Shown: piece after piece, positions 34,792 to 44,786 of the stretch
Layout: each line of letters opens with the position of its first letter
Numbering within the stretch: the stretch's first letter is position 1
Assembly (NCBI GenBank): GCA_015657735.1
Contig: SSSX01000392.1
Coordinates: forward strand, 1-58,231
Length of the DNA stretch: 58,231 bases
Reading direction: 5' to 3'
From: Zoogloeaceae bacterium
Lineage (GTDB): Bacteria; Pseudomonadota; Gammaproteobacteria; Burkholderiales; Rhodocyclaceae
Program-made: the position numbers and the translations under genes
Notes under the pieces: generated by a model
Database searches by the model: none
Told to the model about the DNA's origin: nothing
Seen by the model: the letters and a program-made list of their open reading frames with translations, nothing else

Positions 34792-35652
34792 ATGTGTGAA
34801 ATAGTCCCTCTGAAAAAGCAATTCCTGCCTCAAGTTTTACTCTGCGCTGCCGCCGCGTGCCTCGTGGCGCAGCCGGCGCAGGCCCAGCTGCGCGCCGAAT
34901 CCGTCCCCGGCGGAGTGGCCGAAATCGCCGTCGCGCCGGCCGCCGCGCCGCGTCCGCAAGTCCGTTTCGGCGGCCATCCGGTGTTGCTGCAGCAGCGCCG
35001 CGACGGCTGGTACGCGCTGGTCGGCCTGCCCCTCGACACCCCGGTCGGCGAACAGCAGCTGGAACTCGGCCCCGAAGGCGACAGCCGTCCGCTGCCCTTC
35101 ACGGTGGCGGCAAAAAACTATCCGGTGCAGAAGCTGACCATCAAGAATCCCAAAATGGTCACCCCCGACCCGGCCGACCTGGCCCGCATCGAGGCCGAAC
35201 GCGCGCGCCAGATCGACATCCGCAGCCGTTTTCGCGACGTGCCGGTGAGCCGCACCGATCTTGCGCTGCCGGCCGACGGCCGCCTGTCGAGCCGCTTCGG
35301 CCTGCGCCGGGTGTTCAACGGCGAACCCCGCGCGCCCCACACCGGCCTCGACGTGGCGGTGCCCGCCGGCACCCCGATCCGCGCCCCGGCCGACGGCGTC
35401 GTGAGCCTGGTGGACGACCTCTACTTCAACGGCAAGACGGTGTTCGTCGACCACGGCCAGGGCTTCGTCAGCATGGTCTGCCATCTGGAGCAGGCCGGCG
35501 TCCAAGCCGGCCAGACGGTGCGCCGCGGCGAGGTGGTCGGGCGCTCCGGCAGCAGCGGCCGCGCCACCGGCCCGCACCTGCACTGGAGCGTCTATCTGAA
35601 CGGCGCGGCGGTCGACCCGGCCCTCTTCATCGGCCCGCCGCCAGCGCGTTGA
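34792..35652 (+). CDS. M23 family metallopeptidase (start uncertain)
   Basis: SRFGLRRVFNGEPRAPHTGLD (HxxxD), GRATGPHLHW (HxH); N-terminal VPGGVA domain. Confidence 0.88.
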   Translation: MCEIVPLKKQFLPQVLLCAAAACLVAQPAQAQLRAESVPGGVAEIAVAPAAAPRPQVRFGGHPVLLQQRRDGWYALVGLPLDTPVGEQQLELGPEGDSRPLPFTVAAKNYPVQKLTIKNPKMVTPDPADLARIEAERARQIDIRSRFRDVPVSRTDLALPADGRLSSRFGLRRVFNGEPRAPHTGLDVAVPAGTPIRAPADGVVSLVDDLYFNGKTVFVDHGQGFVSMVCHLEQAGVQAGQTVRRGEVVGRSGSSGRATGPHLHWSVYLNGAAVDPALFIGPPPAR

Positions 35653-36415
35653 TCGCCCGCGCCGCGGCGAACAGCCCGACGCAGGCGGTCACCGTCACCA
35701 CCGAACCGAAGCCGGCGCAGTTGAGGCCGGCCGGCCCGCCCACCGACACCTCGCAGGCCACGTCGGTGGCCGGGTAGCGCAGCGGCTCGGTGGAATACAC
35801 CGCCTCGACGCCGAACTTCTTCTTCGGATCGCGGGCAAAACCATGGGCCTTGCGCAGCTGGCCGCGCACCTTGGCCAGCAGCGGGTCCTGGATCGTCCGC
35901 GCCAGGTCGTCCACGCGGATCTGCGTCGGATCGATCTGCCCGCCGGCCGCTCCGCAGGTGACGACCGGCACCCCCGCGCGGCGGCAGAAGGCGACCATCG
36001 CCACCTTCACGCGCACCGCATCGATGGCATCGACGACGTAGTCGAAGCCGGCGCCGAGCAGTTCGGCGCAGTTGTCGGCGGTGACGAAATCGTCCACCAC
36101 CCGCACCCGGCAATCCGGGCTGAAACCGGCGATCCGCTCGCGCATCGCGTCCACCTTGGCCTGCCCGAGCGTCGCGTCGCCGGCGTGGATCTGGCGGTTG
36201 ATGTTCGACTCCGCGACGTGGTCGAGGTCGATCAGCGTGAGCTGCCCGACGCCGCTGCGCGCCAGCCCCTCGGCCGCCCACGAGCCGACCCCGCCGATAC
36301 CGACCACGCACACCCGCGCCGCCGCCAGCCGCGCCCGCCCGGCCTCGCCGTAGAGGCGCGCAATGCCGCCGAAGCGGCGGGAGTCGTCGGAGGCATCGGG
36401 AGCGGTCGGTTCCAT
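35627..36415 (-). CDS. tcdA: tRNA threonylcarbamoyladenosine dehydratase
   Basis: RRFGGIARLYG, VVGIGGVGSWAAEGLARSG, ESNINRQIH, DPLLAKVR, VYSTE, LNCAGFGS. Confidence 0.88.
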   Translation of the reverse strand: MEPTAPDASDDSRRFGGIARLYGEAGRARLAAARVCVVGIGGVGSWAAEGLARSGVGQLTLIDLDHVAESNINRQIHAGDATLGQAKVDAMRERIAGFSPDCRVRVVDDFVTADNCAELLGAGFDYVVDAIDAVRVKVAMVAFCRRAGVPVVTCGAAGGQIDPTQIRVDDLARTIQDPLLAKVRGQLRKAHGFARDPKKKFGVEAVYSTEPLRYPATDVACEVSVGGPAGLNCAGFGSVVTVTACVGLFAAARAINALAAGR

Positions 36416-36513
36416 GGCGGCACACAGTGAGTCTGAGTCGGGGCGCCCAAATATAACCGAGCAGTGGATAATTCCGCCTTCCACACACCACGTCGCGCCG
36501 GCGGCGCCTGCCC

Positions 36514-37170
36514 ATGCCCCGCTACCAGCACATCCTGTTCGACCTCGACGGCACCCTGATCGACTCCGCGCCGGCGATCCTCGCCAGCTTCCGCGACGCC
36601 TTCGCGCGCACCGGCATCGCCCCGGTCAGCGCCATCGACGAGAGCATCATCGGCCCGCCGCTGCTCGAAACGCTGCAACTGCTCAGCGGCAGCCGCGACA
36701 CGGCGCTCATCGAACGCCTCGCCGACGCCTTCAAGGCCAGCTACGACAGCGAAGGCTACAAGCAGACCGCCGCCTACGCCGGCGTCGGCGAGATGCTGAC
36801 GCAGCTGCGCGGCGCCGGCCGGCAGCTCTCCATCGCCACCAACAAACGCATCCTGCCGACGCGCCTGATCCTCGCCCACCTCGGCTGGCTCGACCACTTC
36901 GACCACATCTACGCCCTCGACCTGTTCGCCCCGCGCCTGCCCGACAAAGCCGCGATGATCGCCCGCCTGCTGGCCGACCACGAGATTGCGCAGGACGCCT
37001 CGATCTACATCGGCGACCGCAGCGAGGACGGCGAATCCGCCGACGCCAACCAACTGCCCTTCATCGCCGCCACCTGGGGCTACGGCAGCATCGCCGCCGC
37101 CGACATGCCGACCCGCTGGCGCGCCGCCGCCACCCCCGCCGCGATGGCCGGGCTGCTGCTGGCCGGCTGA
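36514..37170 (+). CDS. HAD-family phosphatase
   Basis: FDLDGTLIDS, IATNK, YIGDRSED, WGYG. Confidence 0.88.
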   Translation: MPRYQHILFDLDGTLIDSAPAILASFRDAFARTGIAPVSAIDESIIGPPLLETLQLLSGSRDTALIERLADAFKASYDSEGYKQTAAYAGVGEMLTQLRGAGRQLSIATNKRILPTRLILAHLGWLDHFDHIYALDLFAPRLPDKAAMIARLLADHEIAQDASIYIGDRSEDGESADANQLPFIAATWGYGSIAAADMPTRWRAAATPAAMAGLLLAG

Positions 37171-37347
37171 AGCGCCGCCGCGCCGATTGAAAAATCTGCG
37201 CAGCGGCCGGCACTTTCCCATCACCGACGAGGACTACGCCGCAACCCGGCGCCCGGCCCGGTGGCAGAATACGCGCCGGCCCCGCCGTCCCGCTCGCGCG
37301 GGCGGCCCGGCCGATGCCAACCAACCGGGCAACAGGACAGCCGCGTC

Positions 37348-38463
37348 ATGCACAGAACAATCAGGGGATTCGACGGAATACGCGCACTGGCGGTGATCGC
37401 CGTCGTCCTGACCCACCTCGGCGCGTATGTGGCGCTGGGCGACGCCGGGCTGCTGCCGCGCGCGCTGCTGCCGATGATCCACGGCGGCACCGGCGTGCAG
37501 GCCTTCTTCGTGCTGTCGGGCTTCCTGATCACCACGCTGCTGATCAACGAGCACCGCGCCAGCGGCACCATCTCGATCCGCAACTTCATCCTGCGCCGCA
37601 CGCTGCGGATCTTCCCGCTCTACATCCTGTTCCTCGTCATCGCCACGCTGCTGCACGTGTTCGGCCACAACGTCACGTCGTGGGATTCCCTGCTCTACGC
37701 CTACCTCTATTCCTACAACTTCGTCCCGCGGGAGCTCTACACCGGCTTCATGGGACACACCTGGTCGCTGGCCGTCGAGGAACACTTCTATCTCGTCTGG
37801 CCGACGGTCTTCCTGCTGCTCTTCGGGCGGCGCCGGCCGGCCCTGGTGGCATTGGTCGTGACCTTCATCGCCAGCGCCCCCTTCGTCCACCTGCTGCTGA
37901 TCAAGGCCGGGCTGTCCGAGCGCTACTTCGTCGACCGCTGGTCCTTCGTGGCCGGCGCCGCCATCGCGGTGGGCTGCCTGCTGGCCCTCGCGATCGGCAG
38001 CGAGCGCAGCGCCGCCGGCCCGCTGCGACGCCTGGCCGGCCACCCCGCCAGCCTGGCCATCGGCGCCCTGCTCTACGCCAATTCCCTCTACCTCACCAGC
38101 GACTCGTGGTTCGTGCACAACATCGGCGCCAACTACCTGCGCACCTTCGGCATCGCGCTGGCCATCGCGTGGATCTACTTCAACCCGGCGAGCCGCCTCG
38201 TGGCGCTGCTCGAAGTGCCGCCGCTCAAGTACATCGGCCTCATTTCCTACGGCATCTACATGTACCAGGGCCTGTTCCTCGACACCGGACCGGCACGTGA
38301 CCCCGGCCAGAGCTGGCCGCCCGACCCGGCCACCGGCTTCGTGCTGCTGCTCGTCGCCGCGCCGCTGTCCTACCACTACTTCGAGAAACCCTTCCTGCGC
38401 CTCAAGCACCGCTACGCCGCAGCCAAGGCGCCGGCCCCGCTCGCCGCCGCGACAGCCCGCTGA
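37348..38463 (+). CDS. Acyltransferase family 3 (OafA-like O-acyltransferase)
   Basis: DGIRALAV, FFVLSGFLIT, RRTLRIFP, HTWSLAVEEHFY, ISYGIY, SYHYFEKP. Confidence 0.9.
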   Translation: MHRTIRGFDGIRALAVIAVVLTHLGAYVALGDAGLLPRALLPMIHGGTGVQAFFVLSGFLITTLLINEHRASGTISIRNFILRRTLRIFPLYILFLVIATLLHVFGHNVTSWDSLLYAYLYSYNFVPRELYTGFMGHTWSLAVEEHFYLVWPTVFLLLFGRRRPALVALVVTFIASAPFVHLLLIKAGLSERYFVDRWSFVAGAAIAVGCLLALAIGSERSAAGPLRRLAGHPASLAIGALLYANSLYLTSDSWFVHNIGANYLRTFGIALAIAWIYFNPASRLVALLEVPPLKYIGLISYGIYMYQGLFLDTGPARDPGQSWPPDPATGFVLLLVAAPLSYHYFEKPFLRLKHRYAAAKAPAPLAAATAR

Positions 38464-38576
38464 GGCCCGCCGGGCCACCCCGGCCCTCGGCAGAATTACC
38501 CCCCCTTTTCCCCGCTGTTCCGCCCTAAGCCCCTTCCCCGCCACGCATAACATCGTCTCCATCCCCCATTGGAGCG

Positions 38577-39350
38577 ATGATGAAAGCCGTGATCCTCGCG
38601 GGTGGCCTGGGCACCCGTATCAGCGAAGAGACCGTCAACCGGCCCAAGCCGATGATCGGCATCGGCGGCCGGCCGATCCTCTGGCACATCATGAAGATCT
38701 ACTCCAGCCACGGCATCCACGATTTCGTGATCTGCTGCGGCTACATGGGTTACGTGATCAAGGAGTACTTCGCCAACTACTTCCTGCACATGTCGGACGT
38801 CACCTTCGACATGACCCACAACCGCATGGAAATCCACGAGCGCCACGCCGAACCGTGGCGCGTCACCCTCGTCGACACCGGCGACAACACCCAGACCGGC
38901 GGCCGCCTCGGCCGCGTGCGGCAATACCTGCAGGACGAGGAAGCCTTCTGCTTCACCTATGGCGACGGCGTCGCCGACATCGACATCGGCGCCGAGATCG
39001 CCTTCCACCGCGCCCACGGCAAGCTCGCCACGGTCGCCGCGGTGCAGCCGCCGGGGCGCTTCGGGGCCCTCGAACTGCAGGGCGACGACGTCCGTGCCTT
39101 CGTCGAAAAACCCCTCGGCGACGGCGGTTTCATCAACGGCGGCTTCTTCGTGCTGTCGCCCACCGTGCTCGACTTCATCGGCGACGACCAGACCATCTTC
39201 GAAGGCCCGGTCATCGGCGAACTGATCGCCCGCCAACAACTCGCCGCCTTCCAGCACACCGGCTTCTGGCGCCCGATGGACACCCTGCGCGACAAGACCC
39301 TCCTCGAAGACCTGTGGAACAGCGGAGCCGCCCCATGGAAAAGCTGGTGA
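38577..39350 (+). CDS. rfbF: Glucose-1-phosphate cytidylyltransferase
   Basis: [39 protein letters not shown]-x-PMDTLRDK, APWKSW. Confidence 0.93.
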   Translation: MMKAVILAGGLGTRISEETVNRPKPMIGIGGRPILWHIMKIYSSHGIHDFVICCGYMGYVIKEYFANYFLHMSDVTFDMTHNRMEIHERHAEPWRVTLVDTGDNTQTGGRLGRVRQYLQDEEAFCFTYGDGVADIDIGAEIAFHRAHGKLATVAAVQPPGRFGALELQGDDVRAFVEKPLGDGGFINGGFFVLSPTVLDFIGDDQTIFEGPVIGELIARQQLAAFQHTGFWRPMDTLRDKTLLEDLWNSGAAPWKSW

Positions 39351-40402
39351 ATCCGCACTTCTGGGCCGGCCGGCGGGTTTTCGTCACCGGCCACACCGGC
39401 TTCAAGGGCGGCTGGCTCAGCCTGTGGCTGCAGCAGCTCGGCGCCGACGTGCATGGCTACGCGCTGCCGCCGGCGACGCTGCCGGCGCTCTTCGACGAAG
39501 CCCGCGTCGCCGACGGCATGCAGTCCACCTTCGGCGACGTGCGCGACTACCCGGCCCTCGCCGAAGCCGTGGCCGCCGCCCGCCCCGAGATCGTCCTGCA
39601 CCTGGCGGCCCAGCCGCTGGTGCCGCTGTCGTACGCCGAACCGGTCGCCACCTTCGCCACCAACGCGATGGGCACCGTGCACCTGCTCGAAGCCGTCCGC
39701 CACACCCCCGGCGTGCGCGCGGTGGTAGTGGTGAGCAGCGACAAGTGCTACGAAAACCGCGAATGGGTGTGGGGCTACCGCGAGACCGACCCGCTCGGCG
39801 GCCACGACCCCTACTCGGCGAGCAAGGGCTGCACCGAGCTGATCGTCGCCGCCTACCGCCGCGCCTTCCTGGCCGAACTCGGCATTCCGGTGGCCAGCGC
39901 CCGCGCCGGCAACGTCATCGGCGGCGGCGACTGGACCACCAGCCGGCTGGTCCCCGACGTGCTCGCCGCCTTCGCCGCCGGCACCCCGGTCAGCCTGCGC
40001 AACCCCGGCGCGATCCGGCCCTGGCAGCATGTCCTCGAACCGCTGTCGGGCTACCTCGCGCTGGCCCAGCGGCTCGCCGACGAGGGCGCGGCGTGGGCCG
40101 ACGCGTGGAACTTCGGCCCCCACGAGGCCGACGCCCGAACCGTCACCTGGGTCGTCGACCGCCTCGCCCGCGGCTGGGGCCCCGACGCCCGGTGGACCAC
40201 CGCCATCGAAGCCCTGCCCCACGAAGCCCACACCCTCAAGCTCGACTGCAGCAAGGCCCACAGCCGCCTCGGCTGGCAGCCGCGCTGGAACGCCGACACC
40301 GCCATCGCCCGCAGCCTGGCCTGGCACCAGGCGTGGCGCAGCGGCGCCGACATGCAGCGCTACACCCTCGACGAAATCGCCGCCTTCGGAAGCTCCTCAT
40401 GA
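39347..40402 (+). CDS. rfbG: CDP-glucose 4,6-dehydratase
   Basis: [49 protein letters not shown]. Confidence 0.93.
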   Translation: MNPHFWAGRRVFVTGHTGFKGGWLSLWLQQLGADVHGYALPPATLPALFDEARVADGMQSTFGDVRDYPALAEAVAAARPEIVLHLAAQPLVPLSYAEPVATFATNAMGTVHLLEAVRHTPGVRAVVVVSSDKCYENREWVWGYRETDPLGGHDPYSASKGCTELIVAAYRRAFLAELGIPVASARAGNVIGGGDWTTSRLVPDVLAAFAAGTPVSLRNPGAIRPWQHVLEPLSGYLALAQRLADEGAAWADAWNFGPHEADARTVTWVVDRLARGWGPDARWTTAIEALPHEAHTLKLDCSKAHSRLGWQPRWNADTAIARSLAWHQAWRSGADMQRYTLDEIAAFGSSS

Positions 40403-41772
40403 CCCTCCTGCGCCAGACTCTCCGCGCCGATGCCGACGGCCGCCTGCAGCTCGATCTGGCGGCCCGGCCCGACCTCGCCGGCCAGACCCTCGAAGTCATC
40501 GTCCGCCCCGCCCGGCCGGACGCCGCCGCCGGCGCATGGCGGCCCGGCATCGACCCGGTGCCGCCGTCCGGCAAGGTCGTCGGCGACGCCGAGAAGGACG
40601 CCATGATCGACGCCGCACTCGACGCCTGGCTCACCACCGGCCGCTTCAACGATGCCTTCGAAGCGCGCCTGGCCCGCTTCGTCGGCGTCGACCACGCACT
40701 GACCGTCAACTCCGGCTCGTCGGCCAACCTCGTCGCCTTCTCGACGCTCACGTCGCCCAAACTGGGCGAGCGGGCGATCCGCCCCGGCGACGAAGTCATC
40801 ACCGTCGCCGCCGGCTTCCCGACCACCGTCAACCCGATCCTCCAGAACGGCGCGGTGCCGGTCTTCGTCGACGTCACGCTGCCCGGCTACAACATCGACG
40901 TGGCGCTGCTCGAAGCGGCGCTGTCGCCGCGCACCAAGGCGATCGTGATCGCCCACACCCTCGGCAACCCCTTCGACCTCGACGCCGTCTGCGCCTTCGC
41001 CAAAGCCCACGGCCTGTGGCTGGTCGAAGACTGCTGCGACGCCCTCGGCTCGACCTGGCGCGGCCGCAAGGTCGGCACCTTCGGCGACCTCGCCACGCTG
41101 TCGTTCTACCCCGCCCACCACATCACGATGGGCGAAGGCGGCGCCGTGCTGACGAGCGACCCGCAGCTCCGCCAGATCGCCGAATCCTTCCGCGACTGGG
41201 GCCGCGACTGCTGGTGCAAGCCCGGCTGCGACAACACCTGCGGCAAGCGCTTCGGCTGGCAGCTCGGCAGCCTGCCGGCCGGCTACGACCACAAATACAC
41301 CTACAGCCACATCGGCTACAACCTCAAGATCACCGACATGCAGGCCGCCTGCGGGCTGGCCCAGCTCGACCGGCTCGAGGGCTTCATCGCCGCCCGCAAA
41401 CGCAACTTCGCCCACCTCACCGAACGCCTCGCCGCCGCCCGCGACTTCCTGATCCTGCCCGAAGCCACCCCGGGCAGCGACCCGGCCTGGTTCGGCTACC
41501 CGGTCACCTTGCGGCCGGAAGCCGGCGTCAATCGCGTCGACCTGCTCGAATACCTCGACCAGCACCGGATCGGCACCCGCCTGCTGTTCGCCGGCAATCT
41601 CGTCCGCCAGCCGTCGATGGCCGGGCGCAACTTCCGCGTCGTCGGCGCGCTGCCGGTGGCCGACCGCATCATGCGCGACACCTTCTGGATCGGCCTGTGG
41701 CCCGGGCTCAGCACCGCCCAGCTCGACTACGCGGCCGACATGACCAGCCAGTTCCTCGGCGTCGGACTGTAG
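40399..41772 (+). CDS. rfbH: CDP-4-keto-6-deoxyglucose 3-dehydrase (E1, DdhC/RfbH)
   Basis: [28 protein letters not shown] (His in place of the usual PLP Lys), [13 protein letters not shown] cysteine cluster, YDHKY. Confidence 0.92.
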   Translation: MTLLRQTLRADADGRLQLDLAARPDLAGQTLEVIVRPARPDAAAGAWRPGIDPVPPSGKVVGDAEKDAMIDAALDAWLTTGRFNDAFEARLARFVGVDHALTVNSGSSANLVAFSTLTSPKLGERAIRPGDEVITVAAGFPTTVNPILQNGAVPVFVDVTLPGYNIDVALLEAALSPRTKAIVIAHTLGNPFDLDAVCAFAKAHGLWLVEDCCDALGSTWRGRKVGTFGDLATLSFYPAHHITMGEGGAVLTSDPQLRQIAESFRDWGRDCWCKPGCDNTCGKRFGWQLGSLPAGYDHKYTYSHIGYNLKITDMQAACGLAQLDRLEGFIAARKRNFAHLTERLAAARDFLILPEATPGSDPAWFGYPVTLRPEAGVNRVDLLEYLDQHRIGTRLLFAGNLVRQPSMAGRNFRVVGALPVADRIMRDTFWIGLWPGLSTAQLDYAADMTSQFLGVGL

Positions 41773-41787
41773 CCCGGCACCCGCGCC

Positions 41788-42987
41788 ATGCTCGCTGCAC
41801 TCCACCGCCCCTGCCCGCTGTGCGGCAACCGCGACCCGGAAGTGCTGGCCGAACTCGTCCTGCCCCAGCCGAGCAGTTCGCCGCTGCCGGCCGGCTACCG
41901 GCTGGTGGCCTGCGCGCCCTGCGACTTCGCGTGGGCCGACACGCCGGCCCCGCAGAGCGCCTACGACCGCTACTACCGCGACCTCGCCAAGTACGGCGGC
42001 CCCACCGGCACCGGAGCCGGCCAGGACCCGGCCGACCAGCGTCGCCTGGAAACCCTCGCCGGGCGTCTGGAACGCGATCTGCCGGGCCACGGCGCCGCCA
42101 TCCTCGACATCGGCTGCGGCGCCGGCGGGCTGCTGCAGGTGCTCGCCGCCCGCGGCTATCCGCACGCCGAAGGACTCGACCCCGATCCGGCGGCGGTTCT
42201 GCTGGCCAACCGGAAAGGCCTCGATGTCAGCGAGGGCCTCGCCAGCCAGGCCCCGGCCCGCTACGCCGGCCGGCAGTTCGACCTCATCGTGCTGTCCCAT
42301 GTCGCCGAACACCTGTGCGACCTCGGCTGGCTGCGCGGGCTGCCGGCCCTGCTCGCCCCCGGCGGCGCCCTTTACATCGAAGTCCCCGACCCCCGCGGCT
42401 ACCGCTGCGAGCCACGCCCGCCCTTCTATTATTTCGACAGCGAGCACATCAACCACTTCAGCCCGCTGGCGCTGGCCCGCCTGTTCACCGCCATCGGCCT
42501 GCCCGGCCAGCGCTTCGTCGACTGCACCCTCACCCTGCCCGACGGCAGCCCCTATCCGGCCTTCGCCGGCATCGGCCGGGCGGCGGCGGCGCCGTCACTG
42601 CCGCCGCCGCCCGCAGCGCTCGCGGAGCTGCGCGCCTACCTCGCCGACAGCCGGCAGCGCGCCGCCGGCGCCGTCGCCATCGACCCGCCGCTGCACGCCA
42701 GCGCCCCGCTGCTGGTGTGGGGCGCCGGCTCGTGGGCCCAGCGCCTGCTCGGCCAGGGGGCGATTCCGCTGGACCGGGTGCGCGCCTTCCTCGACGGTGC
42801 CCCGAACAAGCAGGGCCACACCCTCGCCGGCAAGCCCGTCGTTGCCCCCGCCTTGGGGTTACATCGTCACCCGGAGGCACAAGTTCTGGTCTGCGTCGCC
42901 GTAAACCCTCACCAGATCGAGGCCGAAGTCGGCCGCATCGAGCCGGGCCACCCCCGCAGCCTGCACTTCATCACCGAACGCAAATGA
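41788..42987 (+). CDS. Class I SAM-dependent methyltransferase with N-terminal CxxC...CxxC and C-terminal Rossmann-like domain
   Basis: CPLC, CAPC, ILDIGCGAG, SHVAEHL, YIEVPD, EHINHFS, VWGAG. Confidence 0.8.
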   Translation: MLAALHRPCPLCGNRDPEVLAELVLPQPSSSPLPAGYRLVACAPCDFAWADTPAPQSAYDRYYRDLAKYGGPTGTGAGQDPADQRRLETLAGRLERDLPGHGAAILDIGCGAGGLLQVLAARGYPHAEGLDPDPAAVLLANRKGLDVSEGLASQAPARYAGRQFDLIVLSHVAEHLCDLGWLRGLPALLAPGGALYIEVPDPRGYRCEPRPPFYYFDSEHINHFSPLALARLFTAIGLPGQRFVDCTLTLPDGSPYPAFAGIGRAAAAPSLPPPPAALAELRAYLADSRQRAAGAVAIDPPLHASAPLLVWGAGSWAQRLLGQGAIPLDRVRAFLDGAPNKQGHTLAGKPVVAPALGLHRHPEAQVLVCVAVNPHQIEAEVGRIEPGHPRSLHFITERK

Positions 42988-44786
42988 ATCTTTCCGAACG
43001 CATCGCCGACTGGCTGGCCGACCACGGCATCGAGCAGGTGTTCACCGTCACCGGCGGCGGCGCCATGTATCTCAACCAGGCCCTCGCCAACCACCCGCGC
43101 CTCACCTGCACCTTCATGCACCACGAGCAGGCCTGTGCGATGGCCGCCGAAGGCTACGCGCGCATCGCCGGCAAGCCGGCGGTGGTGATGGTCACCACCG
43201 GCCCCGGCGGCATCAACGCCCTCAACGGCGTGTTCGGCGCCTACACCGACTCGATCCCGATGCTGGTCATCGGCGGTCAGGTCAAGCGCGCCACCTGCCT
43301 CGACTACACCCCGGTGCCCGGCCTGCGCCAGCTCGGCGACCAGGAAGGCCCGGTCCTCGCGATGGCCCGGCCGGTCACCAAGCTGGCGGAAAGCGTCGCC
43401 AGCCCGGAAGCCCTGGCCGAACTGCTGCCCCGCGCCCTCGCCACCGCCGTCGGCGGACGCCCCGGCCCGGTGTGGCTCGACATTCCCCTCGATGTGCAGG
43501 CCGCCGAGTGCGGCCCGCTGCCGCCCGCCGCGCTGCTGCCGCCAGCCGCCCCGGCTGGCCTCGACGAAGCCTGCCGGCACGTCGCCGCGCGCCTGCGCGC
43601 CGCCCACCGCCCGCTGATCCTCGCCGGCACCGGCGTGCGCCTGGCCGCCGCCGAAAAGGCCCTGCTGGCCTTCGCCGAGGCCCACGGCATCCCGGTCGCC
43701 ACCGCCTGGACCCACGACCTCATCGCCAGCGACCATCCGCTCTTCGCCGGCCGCCCCGGTACCATCGGCACCCGCGCCGGCAATTTCTGCGCCCAGAACG
43801 CCGACTGCGTGATCGTCGTCGGCTCCCGCCTCAACATCCGCCAGGTCAGCTACAACTGGGACAGCTTCGCCCGCCACGCCTTCGTCGCCCACGTCGACGT
43901 GGACCCGGCCGAGCTGGCCAAACCCTTCGCCCAGCCCGATCTGCGCATCCCCTGCGATGCCGGTCTGTTCCTCGACGGCCTCGCCGCCGCCTGCGCCGCC
44001 GGCCTGCCCGACTTCTCGCCGTGGGCCGCCTGGTGCCGCGACATCCGCGCCCGCTACCCGGTCGCCGGCGCGCCCGCCGACGGCCCCCGCCTGCACCCCT
44101 ACGCGCTGGTCGAACGCGTGTTCAGCCAGCTGCGCGACGACGACATCGTCGTCTGCGGCAACGCCTCGGCGTGCATCCTGCCGTTCCAGGCCGGCCGGCT
44201 GAAGGCCGGTCAGCGGCTGTTCAGCAATTCCGGCTCGGCGTCGATGGGCTACGACCTGCCGGCAGCCATCGGCGCCGCCCGCGCCGCCGGCCGGCGGCGG
44301 GTGATCTGCTTCGCCGGCGACGGCAGCCTGCAGATGAACGTGCAGGAACTGCAGACCCTCAAGACCCTCGGCCTCGACGTGGTCATCGTGCTCATCGACA
44401 ACGGCGGCTACCTCTCGATCCGCCAGACCCACGACAACTTCTTCGGCCGCATCGTCGGCGCCACCCCGGCCTCGGGAGTCGACTTTCCCGACTTCGCGCA
44501 GGTCGCTCGCGCCTACGGCCTGAGCGCCATCACCATCGCCTCGCCGGCCGACCTGCCGGCGCTCGACGCCACCCTCGCGCGCCGCGGGCCGATCCTGATC
44601 TCGGCCCACGTCGACCCGGCACCCGGCTTCGAACCGCGCATCAAGTCGCGCGCACTGCCCGAAGGCGGCTTCGCGACCCCTGAACTCGACGACATGTTCC
44701 CCTTCCTGCCGCCTGCCGAACTGGCCGCCGTGCGCGCCGAGGCCGCCGGCCTGCAGGCGCTCCCCCCGAAAGGAATGTCCGCATGA
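42984..44786 (+). CDS. Thiamine diphosphate-dependent enzyme (YerE/acetolactate-synthase-like carboligase)
   Basis: TGGGAMYLN, HHEQACAMAAEGYAR, TTGPGGIN, GQVKR, SMGYDLPAAIG, GDGSLQMNVQELQT...DNGGYLSI. Confidence 0.88.
   Translation: MNLSERIADWLADHGIEQVFTVTGGGAMYLNQALANHPRLTCTFMHHEQACAMAAEGYARIAGKPAVVMVTTGPGGINALNGVFGAYTDSIPMLVIGGQVKRATCLDYTPVPGLRQLGDQEGPVLAMARPVTKLAESVASPEALAELLPRALATAVGGRPGPVWLDIPLDVQAAECGPLPPAALLPPAAPAGLDEACRHVAARLRAAHRPLILAGTGVRLAAAEKALLAFAEAHGIPVATAWTHDLIASDHPLFAGRPGTIGTRAGNFCAQNADCVIVVGSRLNIRQVSYNWDSFARHAFVAHVDVDPAELAKPFAQPDLRIPCDAGLFLDGLAAACAAGLPDFSPWAAWCRDIRARYPVAGAPADGPRLHPYALVERVFSQLRDDDIVVCGNASACILPFQAGRLKAGQRLFSNSGSASMGYDLPAAIGAARAAGRRRVICFAGDGSLQMNVQELQTLKTLGLDVVIVLIDNGGYLSIRQTHDNFFGRIVGATPASGVDFPDFAQVARAYGLSAITIASPADLPALDATLARRGPILISAHVDPAPGFEPRIKSRALPEGGFATPELDDMFPFLPPAELAAVRAEAAGLQALPPKGMSA

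Noticed and set aside
35627-35652. 26-nt convergent overlap of the M23 peptidase and tcdA
   Set aside because: Short 3' overlaps are common in GC-rich genomes, and nothing else suggests a function.
38464-38576. Sigma-28 promoter or ops/JUMPstart element upstream of rfbF
   Set aside because: TAAG...GCATAA has the wrong spacing and a poor -10; no GGCGGTAG is present.
40029-44786. Apparent giant fusion ORFs (40029-44786, 47160-51668, 5147-7339, 1560-3803, 28745-31780, 10800-12740)
   Set aside because: Only the 3' part of each carries protein motifs. True starts are internal, mostly at ATGA/GTGA overlaps; the upstream parts are Arg/Pro-rich off-frame read-through.
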